A DNA stretch of 63,999 nt, the filler included, from Kipferlia bialata (lineage: Eukaryota): assembly GCA_003568945.1 (NCBI GenBank). It is 6 parts of 6 records of this genome, joined end to end, with 100 filler letters (N's around TTAATTAATTAA, not from the genome) between each part and the next. Parts side by side here need not be neighbours in the genome. Positions count along the whole stretch, not along the records: positions 20,347 to 35,714 come from BDIP01000712.1; positions 35,815 to 46,348 come from BDIP01000713.1; 4 more parts are not named here. The stretch is one strand, 5' to 3'. Within the stretch, counting starts at the first letter, position 1; each line of letters begins with the position of its first letter. A model generated the notes under the pieces. The model saw only the letters and a list, made by a program, of their open reading frames with translations, was not told the origin of the DNA and ran no database searches. Below, piece after piece: positions 24,244 through 37,743 of this stretch. Made by a program: the position numbers and the translations under genes.

Positions 24244-27200
24244 CTACGCATTGAGGCCTGCCTCCCAGCCCTCTGCCTCCCAGACCATGTCCTGCATCAG
24301 TACAAGCAGATCGGCAGTGTCCATCCTCTCTCTCTCTCTCTGCGTCTGCCTGTCTCTGACCATAGTCTCTACGGGATTGGCAGGTGCCTCTTCCTCAACT
24401 TCACTTGTCCCTCTCTCTCTCTCCATCTCTCCTTCACGATCTTGGTTCTCTCCTTGTGTACCAGCATGTTGCTCTTGTAATGGAGACACTTCGTGATGAG
24501 CAGAAGAGAGAGTCTCATCAGCATAGCCAGTACCAGTCTCCTCTCTCTCACTGGCATATCCTGTCCCCTCTCTCTCCATGGTGTAGTCAGGCACCCTAGG
24601 CATGACAGGAACAGGGGGTGACTTGGACCTCCGGAGTGCTCTCTCCCTGTCTTGTACTACCCCCTCCCTCTCCCCCACCCCTCTGAGGTCGGACACAGAC
24701 AGGCCGCAGATACTGTCACGTAGTACCTGATAGTTAGATACATATATGCACATATGAACATACATAAATAGAAAGAGAGAGAGACAGACCACCCATGCTG
24801 TCACGCAGGACCTGAGTAGCTCATCCTTTCTATACACACACTCATATGTATATATATACATATATATACATATATATATATATATACTGATAGTATTCAC
24901 CAAACCTTACAACTATATAGACATAGAGATGCCTACCTTGACCACCTAATGAGGAACAGCACCACAGCACTATGTACGACTTATACACCTCATATATATA
25001 TACACTAATACATGTATATCCCATACCTTGACAACCCCGTGTGGCACAGCACCCCCATCTGCCTCTTCATGTGTCTCCCTCTCCCTCTCTCTCTGCCTCT
25101 CTGGATAGGTGTGTGACAGGGCAAAGTCCTCCTCTCTCCCCATCTCTCTCTCCATACCCCGGTAGTGACTGTGGGAGAGAGAGCCACCACTGGAGGACAT
25201 ACTGCCTGAAGGGTTAACTCACTCTTGTATTAACCTACAGGCACAGAGAAACATATACATACATATACACTACATACCTCCAGTAGATGCCCCCACTGGG
25301 TACCCCCCTGTGTATGTGTGCCTCATCATGCTGTGGTCATTAGACACCCTGCCAGTGTACATTGGAGATGAATGTCTATTGTTAGAGGTGTGCACATAAG
25401 TATATATAGGTGTGTGTGTGTGTGTATACAGAGAGAGACACCCTGCCCGTGTACATGGGGGAAGCTTGCCTATTATTAGACTGGATACACATACATAGAT
25501 ATAAACAGGGAGAAGGAGAGCTATTGCCAGTGTACACGAGGAAGTTTCTATATTCGTTCAGACAGAGAGAAGAAGGGAGAGGGAGCCAACGCCAGTGTCT
25601 GTGGCGGAAAAGTGACTAAGATGGGGGTATAAATGAAGTGGGAGAGGATCCTAACTAATACTTCCTACTTCCCCACCTTATGTTGAGTGTCCTGATTGTC
25701 TCGATGTATACCAATATATACACAGATAGAGAGAGAGACAGTCAGAGAGAGAAACTCGGGTGAGAGGGGATCTGATGACACACACCTGATATTCAGAGTC
25801 CTGATTGTCTCGATGGTGGCCCTGACCGACCTCCTCCTCTGCAGCTCCCTCTCAATCTGTCTCTCCTCCTCCAGCTCTCTCTCCCTCACCGCTGCCTCGA
25901 TCCGGGCACGGGCATCCCTGGCCCTGTCGAACCTGGTATGAATGACTATATGAATATATGTACGTGATATATATATATACATATGTAGAACTGATGGAGT
26001 AGAGTACGGGCACGGGCATCCCTGGCCCTGTCAAACCTGGGTCAGTTACAAATACAGAAACGCTGTAGAGAGAGAGAATACTCTGTCGAACCTGCATCAA
26101 CGAGAAGGCACAAGTAATATCTATATACTATATATAGAGTGTAAATATAGGAACATACCTGCCCTGTGCCCTCAGCACTCTGATCAGTGGTGACCCCCCC
26201 TCGACCTCACCCAGTGCCTCTCTCTCTCCCCCTCTCTGTGTGGATGGGGATAGAATGGTCGATGAGTACATGTTGGCAGCCTCTCTCTCTCTCTCCCTCT
26301 GTGACCGAGACTGGGAAAAGGACCCATTAGAAAGAGAGAGAGAGAGAGACCTAGCATCTCTAGGGTCTCCCGTCGAGAGAGAGAGAGAGCCTATCTGCAG
26401 AGGATCCTGACGCATGTCCTCGACATAGGACTCTCTCTCCCTCTCTACCTCCCTCTCTCTCCTCTCCTCGTCACTCTCCACTATGCATATCTCGCAGAAC
26501 CCAAGCCTAAGTGTTCTCAGACAGCCAAAGCCCCTGTCTCTCTCTCTCCCTCTCCTCTCCATACAATGAAGGATATCCCTCACACACCTCTTCCTGACAG
26601 TTAGGGAGTCTTCCTCTCCCTCTCTCTTTCCCTCTCTCTTGTTCTCCGTATCTCTCTCCCTGTGTCTACCCCAGAGACTCACTGACACTGACTCTAGGGA
26701 ACACCCATGGTGGCACAGGATATCGCGTAACAAACAGACATCGGCATCTGGGTATAAGGGTGTAGACACTCAATAGACCGAGAGAACGAGAGAGAGAGTA
26801 TCTGTATGTATATACCTGACAGGGTGTACCCTGATATGTCTAGGTGCCTTAGACCCCGGGGAGGACCCACTCTCTCTCTCTCCCTCTCTCTCTCCCTCTC
26901 CGTGAATGTCTCAGTGGGATGGCCGGTTGGGGAGAGAGCGGGGGAGAGAGCAGCTAGGATGGGCAGGAGACTGGGGCCCACCACACCAGTCTCTCTCTCT
27001 CTCTCCCTATCCTCACTTGTCTGAGAGAGAGAGAGAGAGCGGGAAAGGGACTGGGCCAGGTGGGAGTCTCTGACACTGACAGGGGTCAGAGTGGCGGAGA
27101 GGGCCTGTGGTGGGTAAGGGGGTAGATATACATATGTATATGTATAATGAGAAAGAGAGAAAGCGAGAAGGAGAGATAGGGGTCAGCGTGGCAGCAAGGG

Positions 27201-28672
27201 CCTAGGGGTAGAGGGAAGGATGTAGTGAGAGAGACGGGTGGCTAGACACGGGACCCAGCTACACAGGTGCACATGTACCTTGCTTCTCTTGCACTCAGAG
27301 AACACTGTTCTGGCCAGGCCAAACAGAGTGCTGACAATAAGGGGGTAGATAGAGAGAGAGAGAGAGAGAGAGAACACTGTCCTGGCCAGGCCAAAGAGAG
27401 TGCTGACAATAAGGGTGTAGAGAGAGAGAGAGAGAGAGAGAGAGAACACTGTCCTAGCCAGGTCAAATAGAGTCCAAGGGTGGAGGGAGAGAGTATGTGT
27501 GGACATATCATACCTACTGAATGCCTTGCTCTTGGCACTGAGTGCCGATGGGATGTATACACTGTATATACACTGTATATACTGTATCAACATGCTATAG
27601 NNNNNNNNNNNNNNNNNNNNATATACACTGTATATACTGTATCAACATGCTATAGATACCTACTGAATGCCTTGCCCTTAGTATATAGAGCTGCAAATAT
27701 GCTATAACTATACTATATACTATATCTAATACAGTCCAAGGGGATACATATCATACCTACTGAATGCCTTGCTCTTTGCACTGAGTGCCGATGGGATGGG
27801 CAGGTATACATCTAGCCATATCCACATGTATAAATATGACATATTACATCTCCACACATTCTGATTGTACCATACCTACTAAAGGCTTTGCTCTTAGCAC
27901 TGAGTGTCGATGGGTTGTATACACTGTATATACACTGTATATACTGTATCAACATGCTATATATACCTACTGAATGCCTTGCTCTTAGCACTCAGTGCCG
28001 ATGGGATGGGCAATGCATTACAAGGGACACCGGCAACAGTTCTAAAGGGTAAAATTGTTTTTATGTATGTATATGTGTGTGTTAATATAAGAGAGAGAGA
28101 GAGAGTTGCATGGGACGCCGGCAACAGTCCTAGTGGGTAAAATTGTATACATGTAAATATATGTGTGTGTTAATATAAGAGAGAGAGAGAGAGTTGCAGG
28201 GGACACCGGCCACGGTCCTAAAGGGTAAAGTACTATATATGTATATATATATTTATATATAGTATGAGAAAGAGAGAGAGCGTTGCATGGGACACCGGCA
28301 ACAGTTCTAAGGGGTAAGGGATTAGGTACATCTATACATATATGACTCAGTGAGCTGCATCAATACACCTAACAGACTCCTAGGTAAGAAATACCTGGGG
28401 GGAGGTACAACAAGAGACGCTGACAAAAGATACGCCAACTACCGACAATATATATATAGATCTTACAATATACATATATCTATCTACTTCCACCCACCTG
28501 GCTAGGGACAGAGAGTCATAGACCACGTCTACTAGGGACTAACCTATATTATACTATATTAGAGTAGTAGTATAGTAGTAGTATACATACACCCACCTGG
28601 CCAGGGACAGTCTACCAAGGGAGGCAAGGGGTAGGTACACACTCAGGATAGCCTGGGTCAAATAGCAAATAC

Positions 28673-28703
<31 letters not shown>

Positions 28704-29567
28704 GGCAAGGGGTAGGTACACACTCGGGATAGCCTGGGTGAGAAGGCAAGTATATTACTGGAGAAAGGAGAGAGACAGAGAGAGAGAGCAAATGAATACT
28801 GAGAGAATATGTATAGGTATTTGTATATATATATTCTGCATATACCATGTGCGTGTCCTCCAGCCCACAGTTGACAATGTATACTATACATACTATAATA
28901 TACACCCTATATTACATATACACTCACCATATGCGTGTCCTCCAGACCACAGTTGACCAGGGACAGGGAGGACAGGGCTATCCTGCCCTGGGGATGAGAA
29001 GGAAAGACTGTCTAAGCACCGACACTGAATAGGGTAGGATACTGTATGAATATACATATGCAATATACCATACATACTATAGACAGGGATAACATGATAA
29101 GTATATATATACATATCTACCTGCATCAGGGTGCGTGTCAGGTGTGACAGGGCAGAGGCAGACAGTCTGCAGTAGTCAAGGTCAAGGCGCTCAAGGGTCT
29201 AGGGGTGAGAGGTATTCACACATGTAGATGCATAAGAAGAGAGAGAGAGAGAGAGTCTTCAGCAAATAGAAATATACCCAGTGAGACAGAGCTGGAAAGT
29301 TAAACGGTCAAGCGGATACTGAATTCTTGTCATACAATCATGTATACATGTCACTAACCTCGTGTATGTAGTGTTTGCCTATACCCACCGTGGCCTCAAA
29401 ATGAATAGACCTCTATCTATATATATATATATAACTATACACACACATATATATATACTTACCTCGTGTACATAGTGTCTGCCAATACCCTCTGTGTCCT
29501 CACACATGAGGGACAGAGAGAGAGACAGAGCACGGAGGTCATCACTATGGTGAGAGAGAGGGGATGG

Positions 29568-29606
<39 letters not shown>

Positions 29607-30562
29607 CACGTAGGTCATCACTAGAGTGTGTGTGAGAGAGAGAGAGAGGGAGGGAGAAAGAGGGCATGGAGGTCGTTATGCTAATGTGTTTGGATAATAT
29701 CCATATACTAACCTGGCTTCTTGCTGTCTCCTTTTCACTTCCCCACTAAATATTGATAGAGTAAACATATTCACACACATATATATATATATATAGATAC
29801 CTGGCCTCCTGCTGTCTCCTCTGCACTTCCCCACTCACAGAGTCTCTCTCCCCATGACTCTGCCTCACTCCTCTGGACTCCACCTCAGCACTCAGGGGGG
29901 GCCTAGGGGTAAGCCACAGTCAGAGTATATCCATACACACACACGAATATATATACATGGATGTGTATTATACAAATTCTCAGCATCAACACTATACTGG
30001 GTGCCCCCTACACTAATGACGTATGTGTGTATACAATTAAGAACTCATCGTAAATATATAGAGGCATATACCTCAACACTATAGTGGGTGCCCCCTCTGC
30101 TAACGATGTCTGTATGTGCTGTCTCACAGGGAAACCGAGGGTGTGGCAGGCATCCTGGGGGTAAGAGAGATTATACACATGAATATGTGTATGAATGTGT
30201 GTGAGTGGGGGGTTTGTCCTCAATGGTATGGAAACACTACTGAGCGAGGACGGAGAAGAAGGGGTGGGGGGGATCACCCCCGTGAGAATATGGAAACTGA
30301 AGCTCCATAATAATTGAGTGGGCAATGGGACACATATGACTAATACAGAGAGCGAGACAGAGAGACAGGAATGTAACTGCTCCCTATGCACACCAATATA
30401 CTCAGCTAAACTATTCAAGTGCCCCTAAGTGCACACAGTGTGCAGAGAATGCATGTTAGACTGGACTATTGAGTAGACTGAGTCAGTGACTGAGTCAGTG
30501 AGTGAGTCACTAACTGTCCCAACCTTGTAGTAATCCTCCAGTCCCCGCATCTCACGGTGCAT
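24244..30562 (-). CDS. Leucine-rich-repeat (RNI-like) protein with ER-rich low-complexity tail
   Basis: Spliced: MHREMRGLEDYYK|DACHTLGFP...; LRR units TLERLDLDYCRLS, LSSLSLVNCGL, LRHLDISGYTLS, LRTLRLGFCEI. Exon phases are consistent. Start codon inferred. Confidence 0.7.
27601..27620. other. Scaffold gap (20 N)
   Basis: N run inside an echo-rich intron. Confidence 0.95.
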
Positions 30563-30878
30563 CACACACTCCACAACACACAGCAGAACTCACAACCACG
30601 CACTGAGGTCCACTAGGTGCAGCAATCGGGACCTAGTGGCAGTGATACCAGAGTGTGGAGATGAGGCTCTTGCGGTGGGGGTCCGTTGAATTTGATCTTT
30701 TTGTTTCACTGATTGGAAAAGGGTGTAGGGCATGTAGCGTTTCGGTACGGCGTAAGACTTCTCACCTCTATGCTGTATACCCAAGCACTGTACATGTCAC
30801 CCCATCAACAGCAGCGTCTGAAACCAGAAACCTGAAGCAGCCGACCTCCTCTTCTCAAGGAGTGTCCCTGAAGTAGAT

Positions 30879-30925
30879 ATGCCCCCTGTGTTCCACCCCG
30901 AGATGTGCTCCCTGGAGGGTACGGA

Positions 30926-30968
<43 letters not shown>

Positions 30969-31588
30969 TCCATTCAGCTTTGTTGCATTGCTATCTCGTG
31001 CACTCTTTCTCACCCTCAGGCGCCTGCCACGAGGTCTGCCCTGCCGATGTACGTCAGACTGATGCTGGTATTGATAAATATTCCATTCTTTAATATACCC
31101 ACTCTTGGTCATAGGGCCACCTTCGACATCACCCTCGCTGTAGACATCACTGACTACGACTTTTCAGTTCATTCTCCCTCTCTCTTTCTCTCCTTGTAGT
31201 CTCTATCCCCAGGTCTTTGACACGCCGGCCCTTCCATTCTCTCTCTTTCTGACCCCCCCTCTCTCTCTCTCTTAATACAGGTAAATATATACATATATAC
31301 ACCTATCTTCAACCCCAGGTCTTTGACATGCCGGCCAAGGACGCCCCCGTCCAGAAGATCATCGTGGCCAGGATCGATGACTGTACGTGTCACTCACTCT
31401 CTCTCTCTCTCTCCCCCACACACACATCTCTCTCTATATATATTTACCTATATCCCGTCTTATCACAGGCATTGAGTGCTGAGCACCTTCTACCTCTCTC
31501 TCTCTCTCTACACCCTTATATCCCAGGCATTGAGTGCTGGGCCTGCACCGATGCCTGCCCCACTGGTGCACTGACCATGCCAGAGTAG
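30879..31588 (+). CDS. Bacterial-type dicluster ferredoxin, 64 aa
   Basis: Exons 30879-30918, 31020-31048, 31319-31382, 31527-31588 give MPPVFHPEMCSLEGACHEVCPADVFDMPAKDAPVQKIIVARIDDCIECWACTDACPTGALTMPE*, which contains a CxxCxxCxxxCP motif. Confidence 0.93.
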
Positions 31589-32014
31589 AGGGTTTCTCTC
31601 TCACACACACTGTCTCTCTGCTCAAGAGTCTAGTGCGCATCTCATTCCCTCCTTTTCCCCATATGGATACCCTTGCTAGTGAGACAGGAGTTGTCACAGA
31701 TGGAGAGTGCAATAGACTGACTGTTTTCGAAGTGCGGTGAATCTATTGGATTAACGTTGAACGGTCTTATCACACCGATGTGTTCTCTGAAGGTCATGGC
31801 TGGGACTCCTATCCCTGTCTCTTCTTGTTACCTTGCAATATGTGCCTTCCACTCCCAGGTAACAACCAATGTGACTTCTGTCTCTCTCTCTCTCTTTGTC
31901 TGTCGATAGGCACTTGTATTCTATCAAACGTCAGTGAGTATGACACCGAGTATGCCTCTGTCTCTCTCTCTCTCTCTCTCCCCCTCTCTCTATATGTATT
32001 CATCCTAACCCCAG

Positions 32015-32059
32015 TGACAGAGGATGCCACTGAGTACCCAGAGATGTCGGACAAGGTAC

Positions 32060-32098
<39 letters not shown>

Positions 32099-35000
32099 GG
32101 ACAAGGTACCATGAGCACTAGTTTACTCCTCTCTCTCTATATATACACCTGTACCTCGGATTTAGACCTCACTCTCTCTCTCCCCCTCTCTCTATACTTT
32201 ATACTATAAGGTACCGGTCACTGAGTGCCAGTGGTCCTCTCTTTCTGTGTATATATGCACCATGTCCTCTAAAGGTCCTTGAGTCTCTTCGATAGTATCT
32301 CTCTCTCTCTCTCTCTCTCCCCTCCCGCCCCACCCTCTCTCTAGTTTTTAGACACTCTCTTGACCTTCTAGTGCCTAACCGTGCTCTCTTCAATGGTCTA
32401 TTCAATATTCTCTCTCACCCACTCTCTACTCCACATAGATTTTCTCTTGACTATCTAGGACCGTGCTCTCTTCGATAGAGTGATCAAGCCACTGGCCAGG
32501 ACAGCATACGTCATGACAGGTGATCTCATTCATATACATTATAGTAAATATACTCACAATAACCACTGTCTCTTTTGTGGCTACTGACGTTACATATCAG
32601 GACAGCATACGTCATGACAGTAGTATACATGAATTTCTCTATACTTATGTGAAATACATGCTTGTGTAAATAGATGTCACCTACCCCCAGCCCCTCACAC
32701 TGACGATGAGGAGAGTGATGGGGAGGGAGAGGGTGGATGTGGCATCCTAGACACCAAGGTGCCATGATTCCACTCTTTCACTGTGTTCAGACATCGTTCC
32801 TGTATATATCTATATTCATGTGTGTGTGTGCATACTCACTCTCTTTGTATATATATATATCTATAATATGTACATTTTATGTGGCCTGCATCTACCTGAA
32901 ATTGAGATTCTCAATACTGTGTGAGTGCATATGCATATCTATACTCTCTCGTCGTCTTGCTACACAGTCTATACGAGTTTTGTATAATGTATATGGCCTG
33001 ACCCCAGCTGGGTGGCATTGGGTACCTGTCTAAGGATGAAAGACTCCCACTCTGTGGGGACTGTCAGGGGTAATGTAGGCATCTAATAGTAAAGAATACG
33101 TTGGGTATAGTATGTAGTATTGTATATATGTTGAGAGAGAGAGAGAGACCAGTGCGTGGAGACTGTCAGGGATAATGGCTACATCTTAGATGTAATGGAG
33201 CTTAGTTCTCTCTTCTCTCTATGGTTCCTGCTGACGCTAGCCCCATGGTCCTCCATGGTCCAGGTGAACCCCAGCCATACTCACACTCTCTCTCTCTCTT
33301 CTCCAATATATATACATATATACAATCTAACTCTAGCCCCATGGTCCTTCTGGCCCAGATCAACCTCAGCCAGATGCCATCTGAGGTGCAGGAGACACTC
33401 GAACTGGGGGAGGCAGGTATATACTCCTTTATAAATGTCACGGACCGTGACTCACGGTACTGTATTGTATAGCATAAGTGATAGGCATATCTACGTATAG
33501 AATCCTAGCCATGGTATTTGTTTGGAGACACTCAAGCTGGGAGATGCAGGTAAACATGCATGTACATCCCTGAGGTACATTTATGTTTACCTGCCATGTT
33601 TGTGACTCAGTGTATTTCACAATGCCCCCCCATTACCCTCTAGCCCTTCTACAAGTCTGCTTATGTCACGACACTACTATATATAGCACCACTGATCACT
33701 ATATGGCTCATATTCAATGCATTAACCCTCAGGCCTTCTCCAGGTGTGGATGTGTCACGACTGTTACACATACTATACACTAAATCATATATACTATCAT
33801 TATATATTGTGTCATTATCCCCTCCCATTACCGACAGGCCTTCTCCAGGTGTGGATGTGCCACGACTGTGACTGTGAGAGCTGGGAGCCATTTGCAGGTG
33901 GGGCTTCCTTAGTATCTAGCAGTCCTCTAATAACCGCTATGCCTATCCTCGAGTAAATGTGTCAGGTATTATTGGTCTGATATTAACATACTGTGATATT
34001 GTAACAATACCATTCAATGTGTTGTCTACATCCACTTGCTCTCTGACTCCAGCCTCCCACCTGGTGAGGGTGGTACCTGCTGCGAGCCTGGATAGGGCCA
34101 GAGACCGGTGAGTGTATACATACACGGCATTCAAACGTGTGGTGCATTTCACAGATCACTTGCAATACACCGTGTACATCGTAAATATGATACATACGCA
34201 GACAATAGTAGCACTTAAATGAGGACACTATGATGAATATTGCTGACATCAGATCCGGTGTGGTCTCTCTCTACCCAGACGGGCAGTACAGCACCTCACA
34301 GGACGACATCTACACAGAGAGACCCGTCACAGGGTGTGTACATGTAACTACATAATACTCTTCCGCTATGTGTTCGCTAAACCCAAGTGAGACTCTGACC
34401 CCAGACTTGTGCGCAGAGAGGACTTCCCCAAGGTACGTATAGATGCCACCATTGATGGAGTGTCTGATGAGTTGAGTATATATTACTATACCTAATAGTA
34501 TTCGGCTAATACGAATAGTCAGAGCTCTCCCAGTTGCCAGTCTTACCATTACCTATATACTATATGTTTGGTAGTTCCACAGTAACCATAGGGTCCTGAG
34601 GTTGGGGATATACTGAGGCAGGCCGGGACAGAGGGCGCAGATAGAGAGGCCCTGGTACGAGTTTACTACTGTATACGTATACGATATTGCATAGTCATTG
34701 AGTAAGATTCTCGCAGATAGAGATGCCCTGGGACATAGATTACTTTACTGTAACGAGAACACTTTCATTGTATGCAGTGCATAGTACAGCAGCATTCCAT
34801 TATGTACTCTCCGTTATATCTGTTTCATATCCATCTACATACTGGTATTTCGATCTCATCCCAGGAAGAGCACTGCAATGAGAGGCAGTTCGGAGATGAC
34901 AGGGCCAACGACGTGTACATCGGTATAATACAATCTATTTAGCTGTCCCCGTAAAGGCTCTCTCTACCTCCGTCTTCAAGTACATAGATAGTATTTCTCA

Positions 35001-35485
35001 CTTCTCTTTTACTCTAGGTGGCTGGTAGATAGTGTGTCATACTCCTTTCTAACTCCAGGTGGCTGGTTCAACTGGCTGCAGGACGTGACATTCCCAGGGT
35101 GCCCAGGTAATGTGTCATCAAATATGAAGGTCTATGTATATCATATATATGATATATGAATGCATGTATATAATATATATGTATTCATATATAATAGATG
35201 GATAGACGTGACATTCCCTGAGTGCCCAGGTACTCTCATATCGTGTATGTCGTGTCTCTCACCTCCTCACTCTCCCACATGGTATATATAGCTGTGTGTA
35301 CTATAATTACCTTAACCCCAGAGTGCAGCGATCCCATGACCGGCACAGTCACCGTCTAAGTCTATCTCTGTCTCTTATATGGCTACTGTTGGGTGTCATT
35401 ACCTTACCCACAGAGTGCAGTGACCCCATGACTGGCACAGTCCTCAGTGTAGGTGGACTCGAGAGTCAGACAGGCCTACAGCTGG
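32015..35485 (+). CDS. YwqG/DUF1963-like protein (both ends uncertain)
   Basis: Spliced: TKLGGIGYLSKDERLPLCGDCQGPMVLLAQINLSQMP...GLLQVWMCHDCDCESWEPF..., then GGWFNWLQDVTFPGCPECSDPM. The LGG...CxxC..PM..LAQINL pattern was recognised by eye. Confidence 0.65.
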
Positions 35486-35714
35486 GTGAGCAATAGTGTG
35501 AATGCACATAGAATTGATACTTATACTGATACTGATACTGATACTCTTGAGAGTCAGACAGGCCTACAGCTAGGTGAGTAAGTTGCACACATCAAGTGTC
35601 TTATTGCTCCAATAGCGTCTACTATTCCCCGTCAGTCTCTCGCTCATAGTAGACGAGAACGAGTTTGGAGGTAAACGCCCTAAGGCGATTTGCCCTAAGA
35701 CGGTGTGAAACGCT

Positions 35715-35814
35715 NNNNNNNNNNNNNNNNNNNNNNNNNNNNNNNNNNNNNNNNNNNNTTAATTAATTAANNNNNNNNNNNNNNNNNNNNNNNNNNNNNN
35801 NNNNNNNNNNNNNN
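35715..35814. other. Artificial contig linker
   Basis: N44-TTAATTAATTAA-N44. Confidence 0.97.
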
Positions 35815-36252
35815 CTCTGTCTGTCCATCCCCTGTTGATGCCACCTGCCCCCTCCCCCTCCCCTCCCTATAATATTCATTTTTAGTATTCTTCGTGACAT
35901 GTCAACAGTTCTCACTCTCCCTTTGTTATACTGCACTACCACATATCCTTCAACTACCCATCAGTAGTATGTTCCTCTCAACATGGTAGCCAACACAGGT
36001 GGCAGTTATCCGGCTCTGTCTCTTGTGTGTTCAAGCCGTTTCCGTTTCTTCTCTTGCTACATCTCGTAGAGAACCACTAGACCCTCTTCTCATCAGCAGA
36101 AATACAGGGCTAACACAACATACCTACACCTCTGTCCTTATGTTCAGAGTTCTCTTCCCCACGATCCTAAGCTAATACTACCCTCTCCATTTCCCAGCCC
36201 CTCTCTCACTGACAGACCCCTCTCCCATTCCTGAGGGTACCACACCTAGACC

Positions 36253-37743
36253 ATGTGTCCTGCCACACGTAAGCGCCGCTTTATCAAGTACAAGGATGCG
36301 AAGAGGCAACCTGGAGCCCCTCCCCCTGAGAGTGGCTTCGGGTCATACAGGTACATCAATAACAACAGTATCAGTATCAGTATCAGAACTACACCAATAG
36401 ATACTGACACAGGTACACCAATGGCGACGTGTACAAGGGCGAGTGGCAGGGAGGGGAGCCATCAGGGTATGGGACCAAGAGATACCACACGGGGTGTGTG
36501 TATACAGGCAACTGGGCGGGTGGCAAGTACGAGGGGTATGGAACCCTTAGGACCCAGAGCGGCATGACGTACGATGGGGAGTGGAAGGGGGACATGGAGT
36601 GTGGGCACGGCACGATGAAGTACCCAGATGGGGTTGTGTACACAGGAGAGTGGGTGGATGGACAGAGGTGTGGGGAGGGGAAGCTCACCTGGACAGAGGG
36701 GTTCATAGAGGAGGGGGTGTTTGTGGACAACCACCTTGAGGGGGATGTCAGAGTGACTGACCCCCGAGGGGCGGTGAGGCAGGTGGTGTACAGAGATGGC
36801 AAGTTGGCTGATGTGTGCACCTCTTGCAACCAGAAGGAGAGTCACAAGGTATTCATGTTATGCACAATATCACACCAATACAAATGATGCTATACTATAT
36901 GGTGTCTGATACTTTCCAATTCATCCCCCCCCCCCTCTTCCCAACCAGGATGCACCAGAGTATGTGGTATACCCTGCGGCCCCCAAGCCTCTCACCGATG
37001 CCATGATAGCCCGTATGGTGTACACGGTTGGGAGGCTTCGCCCATGTGACAAGCTCGGAGACATCAGCAAGGAGTTTGGTGTTGTCACATGTGACCCTCT
37101 GACCACCCATGTGATATACCTCAGAGACACAACACCCTTCGCCATTGAGGAGTTTTCCAAGTCACTAGCCACAACTACCCTCTCTTCCGCCAACTTGTGT
37201 GCTGCCAAGAGCCCCAGTGCTCTTAAGAGAGACCTAGCCCAGGACCCCAGTGTGATACTGTGCACACACGAGGTGTTGTCTGCTGGTGCTGGTTCCAAGC
37301 TGCATAAGCTGCACATGGCTTTATGGAGAGACCTGGTTAAGAGAGGGGTCACTGCACGGGCATACTGGTGCCTGGATGAGGTAGCATATTTTGGGGCCGT
37401 CTCTATTGTAGTATTCTGAGTGATCTAAGTGTACACTCGTGCCCCACTCACATCCAGGACAGTGTGAGCGAGGATGAGGATGGTGCACGTGGAGAGTACA
37501 TGCGTCTTGTGGAACTTGTCCGCACACACTATGTGGCCAAACTACCTGGCGAGGCACAGCGTCAGCTATGGGAGAGAGGTCAGTGGTACTGTCTTAAGGG
37601 ACACACTCAATGCTGTTTTGTGAATTGTGTGCTGCACTAATAGCCAATGATGTATATAGTATGCACTCTATTAACCCCTAGCTGACACCCTGCAGTGCAT
37701 ACCCCTCAATAGGTACTTTGAGGATGTGTGGGGAGAGATGTGA
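36253..37743 (+). CDS. MORN-repeat protein (5 exons)
   Basis: About 5 MORN repeats (YKGEWQGGEPSGYG, YTGNWAGGKYEGYG, YDGEWKGDMECGHG, YTGEWVDGQRCGEG), followed by an unrecognised C-terminal domain. Stop TGA at 37741-37743. Confidence 0.85.

Noticed and set aside
27370..28320. Echoes as classic mutually exclusive exons
   Set aside because: Each copy has only one splice site and covers only part of the exon, so it cannot be a complete cassette exon.
36964..37400. Possible BRCT-like domain (TTHVI...YWCLD) after the MORN repeats
   Set aside because: The motif is too weak and the spacing atypical; it needs an HHpred or structure search.
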